Shown here: positions 30,255 through 45,316 of the stretch, in pieces | Position numbering within the stretch: position 1 is the stretch's first letter | Layout of the letters: the number at the start of each line of letters is the position of its first letter | Origin: an uncultured Gammaproteobacteria bacterium | Lineage (GTDB): Bacteria > Pseudomonadota > Gammaproteobacteria > UBA9214 | Reading direction: 5' to 3' | DNA length: 64,000 nucleotides | Assembly (NCBI GenBank): GCA_963748215.1 | Contig: CAVVHS010000002.1 | Span: forward strand, 160,001 to 224,000 | Position numbers and translations under genes: made by a program | Notes under the pieces: model-generated | What the model was told of the DNA's origin: nothing | What the model saw: only the letters and a program-made list of their open reading frames with translations | Database searches by the model: none

Positions 30255-31625
30255 TTACTTCTTTTGCTTTTTCACCGGACGCTTCCAGCCGAGGCGTGTC
30301 TGCTGTTCCGCGCGACTCAGGGTCAGTTCGCCGGCCGGCGCGTCGCGGGTAATGGTCGAACCGGCGCCAATGGTGGCACCGTCCGCGATTGTCACCGGCG
30401 CCACCAGCTGGGTATCCGAACCGATGAACACGTCATTGCCGATAATGGTGCGATGCTTGTTGGCACCATCGTAATTGCAGGTGATGGTGCCGGCACCGAC
30501 ATTCACGCCGCTGCCGATGGTGGTATCACCGATATAGCTCAGGTGATTGACCTTGGAGCCTGCGCCGATATCCGATTTCTTGATTTCGACGAAGTTGCCG
30601 ACATGGGTGTGTTCGGCGAGTTGCGTTTCCGGACGCACGCGTGCGAACGGTCCGATGCGGGACGCGTTGCCGATCACCGCATCCTCGATCACGCAGTTGG
30701 CCAGTATGACGACGTCATCCCCGGCACGCACATTGCGCATGACCACGTTCGGGCCGATGCTCACACGGTTGCCGAGCCGGATTTCGCCTTCCAGCACGGC
30801 ATTCACGTCTATGACCACGTCCTGACCGGCATCCAGCCTGCCGCGCAGGTCGAATCTTGCCGGATCGATCAGCGTCACGCCTTCCCGCATGCAGTCATCC
30901 GCCCGGCGGCGCTGCAGGCAGCGCTCCTGTACCGCCAGTTGCGCACGGTCGTTGATGCCCATGACTTCCTCGATGGAATCCGTCGTGAATCCGCGCACGC
31001 TGACACCGTCGTTGACCGCACGCACGACGATATCGGTGAGATAGAACTCGCCCTGTGCATTGCTGTTGTCGAGTGCGTCGACCCAGCGGCGCAGTTTCGT
31101 GGCCGGTGCGGCGATGAAACCGGTGTTGATTTCGCGAATGGAGCGCTCGGCGGGACTGGCGTCCTTCTCCTCGACAATGCCGCAGATACTGCCGTCGGCA
31201 TTATGCAGGATGCGGCCGTAACCGGTCGGCACCTCAAGCTCCGCCGTGAGTAGCGCGACAAAACCCTGCGCGGCTATCGCGCACAGCGGCTCGAGCGTGT
31301 CCTTTCGGACCAGCGGCACGTCGCCATACATCACCAGCACGGTGTTGCCATCCGGGATGGCCGGCATGGCCTGCGTGACGGCATGGCCGGTGCCGAGCTG
31401 CCGTTCCTGCATGACCCAGTCGACGCCGGCATCGGCGAACTCGCTGCGCACACGGTCCGCACCGTGCCCGATGACAACATGGATATCGGCGGCATCGAGT
31501 TGTCGGGCGCTTTCAATGACGTGGGCGAGCAGCGGCCGGCCGCCCAGTGGATGCAGCACCTTGGGCAGGTCCGAACGCATGCGCGTACCCTGGCCGGCGG
31601 CAAGTATGACGATACTCAGTGGCAT
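30255..31625 (-). CDS. glmU: Bifunctional UDP-GlcNAc pyrophosphorylase/acetyltransferase
   Basis: LAAGQGTRM, PKVLH, hexapeptide repeats and NYDGANK motif. Confidence 0.97.
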   Translation of the reverse strand: MPLSIVILAAGQGTRMRSDLPKVLHPLGGRPLLAHVIESARQLDAADIHVVIGHGADRVRSEFADAGVDWVMQERQLGTGHAVTQAMPAIPDGNTVLVMYGDVPLVRKDTLEPLCAIAAQGFVALLTAELEVPTGYGRILHNADGSICGIVEEKDASPAERSIREINTGFIAAPATKLRRWVDALDNSNAQGEFYLTDIVVRAVNDGVSVRGFTTDSIEEVMGINDRAQLAVQERCLQRRRADDCMREGVTLIDPARFDLRGRLDAGQDVVIDVNAVLEGEIRLGNRVSIGPNVVMRNVRAGDDVVILANCVIEDAVIGNASRIGPFARVRPETQLAEHTHVGNFVEIKKSDIGAGSKVNHLSYIGDTTIGSGVNVGAGTITCNYDGANKHRTIIGNDVFIGSDTQLVAPVTIADGATIGAGSTITRDAPAGELTLSRAEQQTRLGWKRPVKKQKK

Positions 31626-31820
31626 ATTAGAAGGCATATCGGTCGTCCGGACTATTGCACACTCAACCGCGGGGACGCAAAGAAAATTCCGCCGGCACCG
31701 GGGCGCCGCAGCACGCCACCCGGCCGCACCAGGGCGCTTGCCGGTATTGTTCTGGGATAAGCGGAAAACATGGCCCTTTATCGACCGGGCGGGTAAAAAA
31801 TTTGATGCGACAGAACGGGG

Positions 31821-32309
31821 TCAGTGCAGCACCGGCATAAGCATGGGCTCGACGCCGTTGGCTGACTCTTCCGGGGTGGCATCGCGAATCGCGGTGACCC
31901 TGATGTGAAACACGATGGTCTTGCCGGCCATCGGATGGTTGCCGTCCACCGTCAGCTTGCCGTTCTCGATGCTGGAAACGGTGAATTTCCGCGTATCGCC
32001 CTGGTCATTCATCATCTCCACCTCGGCGCCGACTCGGTGAAACTCGGGGGGAACGTTATCCAGATCGTCGGTATAGGTCAGTTCCGGGTCATGCGCCCCG
32101 AAGCCCTCCTCGGGGCTCAGCTCAACCGCGACGGTGTCGCCCACTACGCTGCCTTCCAGTTCCTGCTCGACCTTCTCGAACAGGTCGTGCGGCCCGCCGT
32201 GGACGTAACTGATGGGGAGATCGGACTGCTCGATGACATTACCTGCCTGGTCAACGATCGAGTAGGTGAACGAAACCACCTTGTTGCGGCTGACGAACTG
32301 TCCGGTCAT
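31821..32309 (-). CDS. FKBP-type peptidyl-prolyl isomerase (SlyD-like)
   Basis: YVHG, PEEGFG, VDGNHPMAGK and IRDATPEE motifs. Confidence 0.88.
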   Translation of the reverse strand: MTGQFVSRNKVVSFTYSIVDQAGNVIEQSDLPISYVHGGPHDLFEKVEQELEGSVVGDTVAVELSPEEGFGAHDPELTYTDDLDNVPPEFHRVGAEVEMMNDQGDTRKFTVSSIENGKLTVDGNHPMAGKTIVFHIRVTAIRDATPEESANGVEPMLMPVLH

Positions 32310-32728
32310 CAGCGTTTCTGGCGTAATTTGCGGATAGCAGCCAGCTGCGCCATGGACTCGGCCAGTTCAGCCTGGGCGCGGGCGTAATCGATGTCGGCGG
32401 CCTTGTCGGACAGCATGCGTTCGGCACGCTCTTTGGCCTCCAGCGCCTGCGCCTCGTCGAGGTCATCGGCGCGGATGGCGGTATCGGCCAGCACGGTCAC
32501 CATGTGCGGCTGTACCTCCAGCATGCCGCCGGATACATAGAACGACAGTTCTTCACCGTCCTGCGACTGCACCCGCACCTCGCCGGGCTTGAGACGCGTC
32601 AGCAGTTGCGTGTGGCGCGGGGCGATACCGACCTCGCCCATCTCGGCTGGTGCGAATACCATCGTCGCAGTGCCCGAGTAGATCTCGGCCTCGGCACTAA
32701 CGATATCGACATGCAGGGTCATTGCCAT
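32309..32728 (-). CDS. atpC: ATP synthase epsilon subunit
   Basis: [16 protein letters not shown] and SGGMLEVQP motifs. Confidence 0.96.
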   Translation of the reverse strand: MAMTLHVDIVSAEAEIYSGTATMVFAPAEMGEVGIAPRHTQLLTRLKPGEVRVQSQDGEELSFYVSGGMLEVQPHMVTVLADTAIRADDLDEAQALEAKERAERMLSDKAADIDYARAQAELAESMAQLAAIRKLRQKR

Positions 32729-32740
32729 GATCTCGTACTC

Positions 32741-34118
<1,378 letters not shown>

Positions 34119-34147
34119 GATGGTTTCCTCATAGCTTTAATCTTTCT

Positions 34148-34212
34148 GCAGGGTGCGCTGAGCGCACCGACTCATGTATTCACGCCTTGATGGTGCGCGT
34201 GGCGCACCCTAC
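34148..34212. repeat. Inverted pair of GTAG-type REP palindromes between atpG and atpD
   Basis: GCAGGGTGCGCTGAGCGCACC ... GGTGCGCGTGGCGCACCCTAC; related to the REP at ~5415. Confidence 0.75.
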
Positions 34213-34218
34213 AAAAAA

Positions 34219-35079
34219 TTACACCGCCGCGGCGCCGCTGACGATCTCGGAAATCTCCTGGGTAATCGCGGCCTGGCGCGCCTTGTTGTAGATGAGTTGC
34301 AGCTCGTCGATCAGGTTGCCGGCGTTATCCGTCGCCGACTTCATGGCGACCATGCGCGCTGCCATTTCACAGGCAACATTCTCGACCACACCCTGGTAAA
34401 CCAGCGATTCGATGTAGCGGATCATCAGCGCGTCCATGACCGGCCGCGAATCCGGTTCGTAGATATAGTCCCAGTGCACCTTGAGCTGATCGTCCACTTC
34501 ACCGGCCACCGGGATCAGCTGATTGATCTCCGGCTCCTGGCTCATGGTATTCACGAACGTGTTGTGCACCAGGTACAGGCGGTCGATCTCGCCCGCCTCG
34601 TAGGCATCCAGCATCACCTTGACGGTACCTATCAGCTCGATGATCGACGGCTTGTCGCCGAGATGTGTCGCCGTAGAAACGATGTTGCCGCCCATGCGCT
34701 TGAAGAAGGAATTCGCCTTGGTGCCGATCAGGGTCAGGTCTATTTCCAGACCGGCCGCATTCCAATCCTTCATCGCCACGATGGCCTGCTTGAACAGGTT
34801 GATGTTCAGGCCGCCGCACAGGCCGCGATCGGTGGAGATAATGATCAGCCCGACGCGTTTCACCGGACGCTCGACCAGGTAGGGATGATGATATTCCGGG
34901 TGCGATTGCGCGACGTGTGAAATCACGTTCTGGATGCGCTCGGCGTAAGGGCGCGTGGCCAGCATGCGGTCCTGTGCCTTGCGCATCTTGCTCGCAGCCA
35001 CCATCTCCATCGCCTTGGTGATCTTCTGCGTGTTCTTGATGCTCGCAATCTTGGTGCGGATTTCCTTAGCGCCTGCCAT
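34219..35079 (-). CDS. atpG: ATP synthase gamma subunit
   Basis: [19 protein letters not shown] and RQAAITQEI motifs. Confidence 0.98.
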   Translation of the reverse strand: MAGAKEIRTKIASIKNTQKITKAMEMVAASKMRKAQDRMLATRPYAERIQNVISHVAQSHPEYHHPYLVERPVKRVGLIIISTDRGLCGGLNINLFKQAIVAMKDWNAAGLEIDLTLIGTKANSFFKRMGGNIVSTATHLGDKPSIIELIGTVKVMLDAYEAGEIDRLYLVHNTFVNTMSQEPEINQLIPVAGEVDDQLKVHWDYIYEPDSRPVMDALMIRYIESLVYQGVVENVACEMAARMVAMKSATDNAGNLIDELQLIYNKARQAAITQEISEIVSGAAAV

Positions 35080-35109
35080 GTCAGCTCTCTTTCGTTGCCT
35101 GCCCCGGGA

Positions 35110-36651
<1,542 letters not shown>

Positions 36652-36679
36652 AGTTGTTTACCTTGGATAAACCTTCAAT

Positions 36680-37216
36680 TCAGTGACTCAGCGCCGTGCC
36701 CAGGCGCTGCAGCTTGCCGCGCACGGAACCATCGATAACCAGGTCGCCGGCGCGAATGACGGCACCGCCCAGCAGTGCTGCGTCGGTCTTGCAGGTCAGT
36801 TCGACTTCACGTCCCAGTCGCTTGCGCAGACTCTCGATGATCAGTGCCTGCTGCGCCTCGCTGGCGGGATATGCCGTGGTCAGCTCTGCCTGCACGCGGC
36901 CCTCGGCCTTGCGGCGCTCGATCTCGAACAGCGCGGCGATATCCGGCAGCAACGCGAGCCGGCGGTTGTCCGCCAGCGCGCGCACGAAGTTGGCGCACTT
37001 TTCGTCGAGCCGGTCACCGCCGATGTCGACGATCAGGTCGGCCAGCTGTTTCTCGGTCAGGCGCGGATTATCGATCAGGACCCGCATGGCGGGATCGGCG
37101 GCGATAGCCGCGAGCAGCGCCAGCCTGTCCGACCAGTCCCTGAGCACCTGGTGCTCGCTGGCGAACAGGAACGCGGCCTGTGCGTAGGGGCGTGCAACGG
37201 TAAGTGTTTCGGCCAT
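36680..37216 (-). CDS. atpH: ATP synthase delta subunit
   Basis: VARPYAQA and LLGGAVIRAGDLVIDGS motifs. Confidence 0.96.
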   Translation of the reverse strand: MAETLTVARPYAQAAFLFASEHQVLRDWSDRLALLAAIAADPAMRVLIDNPRLTEKQLADLIVDIGGDRLDEKCANFVRALADNRRLALLPDIAALFEIERRKAEGRVQAELTTAYPASEAQQALIIESLRKRLGREVELTCKTDAALLGGAVIRAGDLVIDGSVRGKLQRLGTALSH

Positions 37217-37225
37217 GGTCTGCGC

Positions 37226-37696
37226 CTACAGCTCCGCGGCCAGCTTGTTGAGCAGCTCGGCATGCGCGCTTTCGCTGACCTCGCGCTCCAGCACCTTGCC
37301 GGCACCGGCCAGGGCTATGGAAACGACCTGCCCGCGCAGGCTTTCCTTGACGCGGTTGACCTCCTGCTCGATCTCGGCCTGCGCCGCCGTCTTGATGCGG
37401 TCGCCCTCGGCACGCGCGTCGGTCTTGGCCTCGTCGACGATCTCGGCCGCGCGCTTGTCGGCACGGGTGATGATCTCGCCAGCCTGTGTCTTCGCCTCGC
37501 GCAGGATTTCCTGGGCACGTTGCTCGGCCAGTTCCTTCTCATGCCTGCCGCGTTCGGCCGCGGCCAGGCCATCGGCGATTTTCTTGCGGCGAACATCGAG
37601 CGCATTCATGATCGGCGGCCAGACAAACTTCATGCAGAACCACACGAACCCAATGAAGGTGATGGTCTGCCCGATCAGTGTCGCATTGAAATTCAT
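37226..37696 (-). CDS. atpF: ATP synthase b subunit
   Basis: [10 protein letters not shown]...KFVWPP followed by a coiled coil. Confidence 0.96.
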   Translation of the reverse strand: MNFNATLIGQTITFIGFVWFCMKFVWPPIMNALDVRRKKIADGLAAAERGRHEKELAEQRAQEILREAKTQAGEIITRADKRAAEIVDEAKTDARAEGDRIKTAAQAEIEQEVNRVKESLRGQVVSIALAGAGKVLEREVSESAHAELLNKLAAEL

Positions 37697-37736
37697 GCTT
37701 GCACCTCAGTGTGGTAACAGTAGTTACAGACCGCTC

Positions 37737-37979
<243 letters not shown>

Positions 37980-38008
37980 CTAGAGTTGCGTGCTGTTCAA
38001 TATAAAAA

Positions 38009-39266
<1,258 letters not shown>

Positions 39267-39371
39267 ATTATCAACCTTTTTTTCAACAAGTTACGTGATA
39301 CCAGCTGGAAGATCATGCGCATAAGGGCGGTGCTGCGTATGAAAGAAAAACCGGCCATCAGGCAGCCGGAG

Positions 39372-39401
39372 ATTATAAGGACGGTCTATGGGAGGGGTCA
39401 A
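39372..39401 (-). promoter_or_regulatory. Putative sigma70 promoter of the atp operon
   Basis: TTGACC-N18-TATAAT. Confidence 0.65.
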
Positions 39402-39411
39402 TCAATTATGG

Positions 39412-40374
39412 CTAATGGATGTGCTCCAGGATCCCGTCCAGCTCGTCCAGGCTATTGTAGCTGATCTCCAGCTTGCCCTTGCCACCGCGTCCGGGCCGGA
39501 TCGACACGCCGGCACCGAGTTTGTCCGCCAGGTCGGTCTCCAGCTGGCGGATGTTCGGGTCCTTGCGCGGCGGCGGCGCCTTGCTGGCGCGTGGCTGCTG
39601 CAGTTGCTTGACCAGTCCCTCGGTGGCACGCACGCTCAGGCCGCGTGCGATCACCTGGCGTGCCGCCTCGATCTGGGCGGGGCCGGGCAGCGACAGCAGT
39701 GCGCGCGCATGGCCCATCTCCAGTTCGCCGTGCTCGACCATGGCCTTGACGGCATCGTCGAGGTCGAGCAGGCGCAGCAGGTTGGACACCGCGGCGCGCG
39801 AGCGCCCCACGGCCTCGGCGGCCTGCTCGTGGGTAAGGTCGAATTCGCGGATCAGCCGGTTGAGCGACTTGGCCTCTTCCATCGGGTTGAGGTTTTCGCG
39901 CTGGATGTTCTCGATCAGGGCAATGGCGATCGCGGCGCGGTCCTCGACATCGCGCACGATGGCAGGAATTTCGTGCAGGCCGGCCAGCTGCGCGGCACGC
40001 CAGCGCCGCTCGCCGGCGATGATTTCGTAGGCGTCACCGTCGATCCTGCGCACCACGATCGGCTGCAGCACGCCCTGGGCGCTGATGGAGTCGGCGAGGT
40101 CCTGCAACGATTCCTTGTGCATGTCGAGACGTGGCTGGTACTTGCCACGCCGGATGATATCGACCGGCAGCCTGCACAGGTCGCCATCGGCCGGTGCCGC
40201 CGGCGCCGTGTCCGTGGCAGCGGTCGTGTCCGGCGTCACGCGTACCGGCCAGGGGCCGGCCGCCGCCGGTTGCCGGGCAACCACCTCTGCCGGCGGTTCC
40301 GTTGACGCCGGGCGTGCACCCGAACCCAGCAGTGCATCCAGACCCCGACCCAATCCGCGTTTTTTAACTGCCAT
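39412..40374 (-). CDS. parB: Chromosome partitioning protein ParB
   Basis: GLGRGLDALL, YQPR, GERRWRA, ENIQRENL motifs and HTH. Confidence 0.96.
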   Translation of the reverse strand: MAVKKRGLGRGLDALLGSGARPASTEPPAEVVARQPAAAGPWPVRVTPDTTAATDTAPAAPADGDLCRLPVDIIRRGKYQPRLDMHKESLQDLADSISAQGVLQPIVVRRIDGDAYEIIAGERRWRAAQLAGLHEIPAIVRDVEDRAAIAIALIENIQRENLNPMEEAKSLNRLIREFDLTHEQAAEAVGRSRAAVSNLLRLLDLDDAVKAMVEHGELEMGHARALLSLPGPAQIEAARQVIARGLSVRATEGLVKQLQQPRASKAPPPRKDPNIRQLETDLADKLGAGVSIRPGRGGKGKLEISYNSLDELDGILEHIH

Positions 40375-40404
40375 GTGAATTACCGTCGCTTGTCAGACTG
40401 TCTA

Positions 40405-41241
40405 TTAATATTCCGTCGCATCGGAGGCGGCCGTTTCCTCCATTTCCTCTGCGACCGGCACCGTCGCGCCGATCGGTGAGTGGCGACGCAGGTATTCACC
40501 GGCCAGCGCGAGATAGGCAATGGCACCGCGCGAACTCTTGTCATAGCGCAGCACCGGCAAGCCGTGGCTGGGCGCCTCGGCCAGGCGCACGTTGCGCGGG
40601 ATGATGGTGCGATAGACCTTATCGCCGAAATGCTGCTGCAGCTGCGCGGACACCTCCATCGCGAGGTTGTTGCGCGCATCGAACATGGTGCGCAGCAGGC
40701 CCTCGATTTCGAGTTCCTGGTTGACCGCCACGCGCACCTGCTCCACGGTATCGAGCAGTGCGGACAGGCCTTCGAGTGCGTAATACTCGCACTGGATCGG
40801 TATGAGCACGCCGTGCGCGGCGGCCAGCGCATTCACCGTGAGCATGTTCAGCGACGGCGGACAATCGATCAGGATCATGTCGTAGTCGGCCTGCACATAA
40901 CTGAGCGAGGAGCGCAGGCGACGCTCGCGGTCGTCCCTGGCCATCAGTTCGACCTCGGCCGCGGTCAGGTCGGCATTGCCCGGCAGGATGTCGTAACCGG
41001 CCGCATCCGCGTGCACGATCGCGCTGCGTATATGGCAATGTCCGAGCAGCACATCATAACCGGTACGGCTGACCTCGTGCTTGTCGATGCCGCTGCCCAT
41101 GGTCGCATTGCCCTGGGCGTCGAGATCGATCAGTAACACGCGCCGGCCGGTTTCCGCGAGTGACGCGGCGAAGTTGACGCTGGTCGTGGTCTTGCCCACA
41201 CCGCCTTTCTGGTTCGTTACGGCGAGTATCCTGGCTGTCAT
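40405..41241 (-). CDS. parA: Chromosome partitioning ATPase ParA/Soj
   Basis: NQKGGVGKTT, DCPPSL, QCEYYALEG and RNVRLAEAPS motifs. Confidence 0.96.
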   Translation of the reverse strand: MTARILAVTNQKGGVGKTTTSVNFAASLAETGRRVLLIDLDAQGNATMGSGIDKHEVSRTGYDVLLGHCHIRSAIVHADAAGYDILPGNADLTAAEVELMARDDRERRLRSSLSYVQADYDMILIDCPPSLNMLTVNALAAAHGVLIPIQCEYYALEGLSALLDTVEQVRVAVNQELEIEGLLRTMFDARNNLAMEVSAQLQQHFGDKVYRTIIPRNVRLAEAPSHGLPVLRYDKSSRGAIAYLALAGEYLRRHSPIGATVPVAEEMEETAASDATEY

Positions 41242-41936
41242 GTGGCGGCCTCCTCTGTGCCGGCGGTTGCCTGCATGGCAACCACATGGCGCTCGGCGTC
41301 CAGTCCCGGTACTTTCAGTGCAATCACATCCGCACTCACGCCGGTGGCTTCCAGGCACTCGATTTCCGTCATCGGGTAAACACCCTTCATCGCCAGCATG
41401 TGACCCTCCGGCCGACACAGGTGTGACACGTAACGGTAGTAATCGGGCAGATCGGAAAACGCGCGGCAGATCGTCGTGTCGAACAGCATTTCAGGCTGGT
41501 AGTCCTCGATGCGGGAGTTGACCAGCGTGATGTTGTCGAGATTGAGTATGCCGAGTGTCTGCTGCACGAAGCGCAGTTTCTTGCTGCTGCTGTCGAGCAG
41601 CACGAATTCGCGCTCGGGACAGGCGATGGCCAGCGGGATACCCGGCAGACCCGCGCCCGTACCGACATCGAGCACGCGGTCGCCGCGCAGGTGGTCGACG
41701 ATCGACAGGCTGTCGAGGATGTGGCGCGTGATGATGTCCGCCGGCTTGCGCACAGAGGTCAGGTTGTAGACGCGGTTCCAGTTCATCAGCTCGGTGACGT
41801 ATTCCATCAACTGCTCGTCACCTCCGAGGCGCTCCTCCAGACCGAGCTCCAGGATCCCGTCCTCGAGCAACTCGCCGGGATCAACGTAGCCGCTGTTTTT
41901 CCCCTTGCGATTACGGTTGTAGAGTCCGGTATACAT
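41238..41936 (-). CDS. rsmG: 16S rRNA m7G527 methyltransferase
   Basis: WNRVYNLT, HILDSL, DVGTGAGLPG and RAF motifs. Confidence 0.95.
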   Translation of the reverse strand: MYTGLYNRNRKGKNSGYVDPGELLEDGILELGLEERLGGDEQLMEYVTELMNWNRVYNLTSVRKPADIITRHILDSLSIVDHLRGDRVLDVGTGAGLPGIPLAIACPEREFVLLDSSSKKLRFVQQTLGILNLDNITLVNSRIEDYQPEMLFDTTICRAFSDLPDYYRYVSHLCRPEGHMLAMKGVYPMTEIECLEATGVSADVIALKVPGLDAERHVVAMQATAGTEEAAT

Positions 41937-41962
41937 ATCCTGCCTGTTGTGATTGTCGATTG

Positions 41963-43855
41963 TTACGCGCTCTTGCGTACCAGCCGGTTTTTCTTGATAT
42001 GTATCAGCAGCAGCGATATCGCCGCCGGCGTGACGCCCGGAATACGCGCTGCCTGGCCGATAGTCTGCGGTCTTGCATCCAGCAGCTTTTCGCATACCTC
42101 GCTGGACAGTCCACGTACCGCATTGTAATCGAATTCCAGCGGCAATGTTTGTTCCTGGTGGCGGCGCTGGCGGTCGATCTCGCCGGCCTGGCGATCCAGG
42201 TAGCCTGCGTACTTCGCCTGGATCTCGACCTGCTCGGCCACCACTGCATCGGCGACCGGCGGTCCCAGTCCCTCGACAGCAGTCAGCGTGCGGTAATCCA
42301 GCTCCGGACGGCGCAGCAGGTCAGCGGCGAACTGCTCGCGGGCCAGCGGCTTGTCCAGCAGGCCGGCGACGGCGCGGCCAGCCGTGCTGTCCGGCCGCAC
42401 CAGCACGGCCGCAAGACGCTGCTGCTCCTGTTCGATGGCCATGCGCTTGGTGCGGAACGCCGACCAGTGCACGTCGTCTACCAGGCCCAGGCGGTGGCCC
42501 GTTTCGGTCAGCCGCAGGTCGGCATTGTCCTGGCGCAGCGACAGCCGGTATTCAGCGCGACTGGTGAACATGCGATAGGGTTCGCCGGTACCGCGCGTCA
42601 CCAGGTCGTCGATGAGCACGCCGATATAGGCCTGCTCGCGGCCCGGCGTCCAGGGTTCGTTGTCCTGCGCCTGGCGCGCGGCATTCAGACCGGCGATCAG
42701 TCCCTGGGCGGCGGCCTCCTCGTAGCCGGTGGTGCCGTTGATCTGGCCGGCAAAGAACAGGCCGTCGATGACCTTGGTCTCGAGCGAATATTTCAGATCG
42801 CGCGGATCGAAGAAATCATATTCGATGGCGTAGCCGGGGCGGGTGATATGCGCGCGCTCGAAACCGGCAATGGAGTGCACCAGTGCCAGCTGCACATCAT
42901 AGGACAGGCTGGTGGAAATGCCGTTCGGATAGACCTCGTGCGTATCCAGACCTTCCGGTTCGATGAAAATCTGGTGCGAGTCGCGATCGGCAAAGCGCAC
43001 CACCTTGTCCTCGATGGACGGGCAATAGCGCGGACCGGTGCCCTCGATCGCACCGCTGTACAGCGGTGAATCGTCAAGACCGTCGCGGATGATGTCGTGG
43101 GTGTGTGTATTGGTACGGGTAATGTGACAGCAGACCTGGCGCGGGTGGTCTGCCGCGCTGCCCAGGAACGACATCACCGGGAGCGGCTCGTCACCGGGTT
43201 GCGCCTGCAACTGGCGGTAGTCGATGCTGCGCCCGTCGATGCGCGGCGGCGTGCCGGTCTTGAGGCGCGCGACCCGCAACGGCAGTTCGCGCAGGCGCCG
43301 GGCCAGGGCGTTGGCCGGCGGGTCCCCGGCCCGGCCACCCGCATAGCTGCTCGGGCCGATATGAATGCGCCCGCCGAGGAAAGTGCCGACCGTCAGCACC
43401 ACGCAGCGGGCATGAAAACGCAGGCCCATCGCCGTCAGCACGCCGGTGACACGGCCGCCCTCGACGATCAGGTCCTCGACCGCCTGCTGAAACAGCTGCA
43501 GTCCCGGCTGGTGCTCCAGGGTATGTCGCACCGCGCGCCGGTACAGCACCCGGTCGGCCTGGGCACGCGTGGCCCGCACCGCGGGCCCCTTGCTGGCATT
43601 CAGCACGCGAAACTGGATGCCGGCCAGGTCGGTGGCCCGCGCCATCACGCCGCCCAGCGCATCGATCTCGCGCACCAGGTGGCTCTTGCCGATGCCGCCG
43701 ATCGCCGGGTTGCAGCTCATCTGGCCCAGCGTTTCCAGGTTATGCGTCAGCAGCAGCGTGCGCGCACCCAGCCGGGCCGCCGCCAGTGCCGCCTCGGTGC
43801 CGGCATGGCCGCCGCCAACCACGATGACGTCATAGTGTGCCGGGTCTGCGCTCAC
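41963..43855 (-). CDS. mnmG: tRNA uridine-5-carboxymethylaminomethyl modification enzyme MnmG (GidA)
   Basis: [26 protein letters not shown] and [12 protein letters not shown] motifs. Confidence 0.98.
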   Translation of the reverse strand: MSADPAHYDVIVVGGGHAGTEAALAAARLGARTLLLTHNLETLGQMSCNPAIGGIGKSHLVREIDALGGVMARATDLAGIQFRVLNASKGPAVRATRAQADRVLYRRAVRHTLEHQPGLQLFQQAVEDLIVEGGRVTGVLTAMGLRFHARCVVLTVGTFLGGRIHIGPSSYAGGRAGDPPANALARRLRELPLRVARLKTGTPPRIDGRSIDYRQLQAQPGDEPLPVMSFLGSAADHPRQVCCHITRTNTHTHDIIRDGLDDSPLYSGAIEGTGPRYCPSIEDKVVRFADRDSHQIFIEPEGLDTHEVYPNGISTSLSYDVQLALVHSIAGFERAHITRPGYAIEYDFFDPRDLKYSLETKVIDGLFFAGQINGTTGYEEAAAQGLIAGLNAARQAQDNEPWTPGREQAYIGVLIDDLVTRGTGEPYRMFTSRAEYRLSLRQDNADLRLTETGHRLGLVDDVHWSAFRTKRMAIEQEQQRLAAVLVRPDSTAGRAVAGLLDKPLAREQFAADLLRRPELDYRTLTAVEGLGPPVADAVVAEQVEIQAKYAGYLDRQAGEIDRQRRHQEQTLPLEFDYNAVRGLSSEVCEKLLDARPQTIGQAARIPGVTPAAISLLLIHIKKNRLVRKSA

Positions 43856-44086
43856 GTTGATTCCCCCTTATACAGAAGCCGGGATTCTACGCCCCGCGCG
43901 AAAAAGCTGGCAATGCGCAGGCCGCGGACGCTACTTTGCCGCCTGACCATGATAACTATATATCGATAACTATATAATGGAATATATTGTGATAGACTAC
44001 GCCGGATTTCACCATATAGGGTAGATTGGATGAGACTTCTTGAGCTCAGGGGTAACGAAGGCGATGCCGACCCCAAGCGCACCGGC

Positions 44087-44617
44087 ATGCTGAACAAGCC
44101 GGACAGGAAGCCAGCCATGGAGGCGCACGTCCTGAAGCGGCCGGTCAAGGTCAAGAAATCCCCGGCGGACACCAGGGTTTTTCCGATCAATGCACCCCCT
44201 GCGGAGAAGCCGGCACGCCGCCGGCCGATCGACCTGGAGCAGCTGCAGCGACGCATCGAGGAGCTGGAGCGCCGCATCCAGGAACGCATCCGCAACCAGT
44301 CCCAGAGTGCGGCTGCCCAGCCGGCAAACCAGGAACTGGAACAACTCCGGCAGCGCATGAAACTGCTCGAGCGGCGGGTCGAAGGGGAGTTGTGGTCGGC
44401 CAAACAGCGCGAGCACAGTCTGCTGGAAATGCTGGCACGGCCGCCCTTCCAGACCCTGGTGAAACAGCATTGCACACGCTTCCTGCGCACCGCGCCCCTC
44501 GCGACCCTGCGCTGCCTGCACTCCGCCTGGCTGGCCTGGTGGGAAGATGCCCAGCCCATGTGGTGGCCACGCTTCGCCGCTGCCTGGCACGAAGCCCTCG
44601 CGCGCGCGCGCCACTGA
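44087..44617 (+). CDS. Hypothetical coiled-coil protein with Trp-rich C-terminus
   Basis: Two heptad segments (LEQLQRRIEELERRI; LEQLRQRMKLLERRV). Start uncertain (44030, 44087 or 44117). Confidence 0.7.
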   Translation: MLNKPDRKPAMEAHVLKRPVKVKKSPADTRVFPINAPPAEKPARRRPIDLEQLQRRIEELERRIQERIRNQSQSAAAQPANQELEQLRQRMKLLERRVEGELWSAKQREHSLLEMLARPPFQTLVKQHCTRFLRTAPLATLRCLHSAWLAWWEDAQPMWWPRFAAAWHEALARARH

Positions 44618-44647
44618 CCGCCACTGCGGCGGCCCGCCACGTGCGGG

Positions 44648-45316
44648 CTACTTGGCCGCAACGCTGCGCAACCCCGCCCATAACAGCGACAGCTGCTGAC
44701 GGTACATGGCACCGATCGCGGCCGGGTTGGCATGCTGCATGGCCAGCGGCACGCCGTAGAAAATCGACACCAGCGCCACCATGGCCGCCGCGATCGCGGT
44801 GTTCTCCGGCAACTCGCCCTGGTCGATGGCCGCCTGCAGCGAATTTCTCAGCAAGGCTTCCAGGCTGTCGTCCGACAGCTGGTCGATGCCGTCGAGGTCG
44901 GAGAACGCGATCATGCGCTCGGCCGGCGTGATCTCGATGCCCGGGGTGCGTTCGCGCGCCCGCGCCTCGTGGGCGATGATCTCGCCCATCAACCCGGGCT
45001 TCTTCTGGATCTGGATCGATGTGTAGCGAAACAGCGCCTCGATCACCGCGATCCCCGTTTGCTGCTGCGCGGCCTGTCGGCCGTACCAGTTCAGTTCCAG
45101 CGTCCAGAGCCGGTCCAGGTAGATGATGAGATCTTCCTTGCGCGGGAAGTAATTGAAGAAGGTTGCCTCGGATACCTGGACGCGCTCGCACAGGTTCCTG
45201 ACCGACAGCGTCTCGAACGAGGCCGCTTCCAGATGCCGGGTAGCGGCTTCCGCCAGGGCCAGCCGGGTACGCGCAAATTTACGTTCGCGCAGCGAGGGAC
45301 GTGCCGCCTCAGCCAT
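44648..45316 (-). CDS. TetR/AcrR family transcriptional regulator
   Basis: LRERK..TR..L, VSEATFFNYFPRKEDL helix-turn-helix. Confidence 0.92.
   Translation of the reverse strand: MAEAARPSLRERKFARTRLALAEAATRHLEAASFETLSVRNLCERVQVSEATFFNYFPRKEDLIIYLDRLWTLELNWYGRQAAQQQTGIAVIEALFRYTSIQIQKKPGLMGEIIAHEARARERTPGIEITPAERMIAFSDLDGIDQLSDDSLEALLRNSLQAAIDQGELPENTAIAAAMVALVSIFYGVPLAMQHANPAAIGAMYRQQLSLLWAGLRSVAAK

Noticed and set aside
43860-44030. Enterobacterial-type oriC next to mnmG (gidA)
   Set aside because: AT-rich, but no DnaA boxes or GATC clusters seen; the boxes are at dnaA-dnaN instead.
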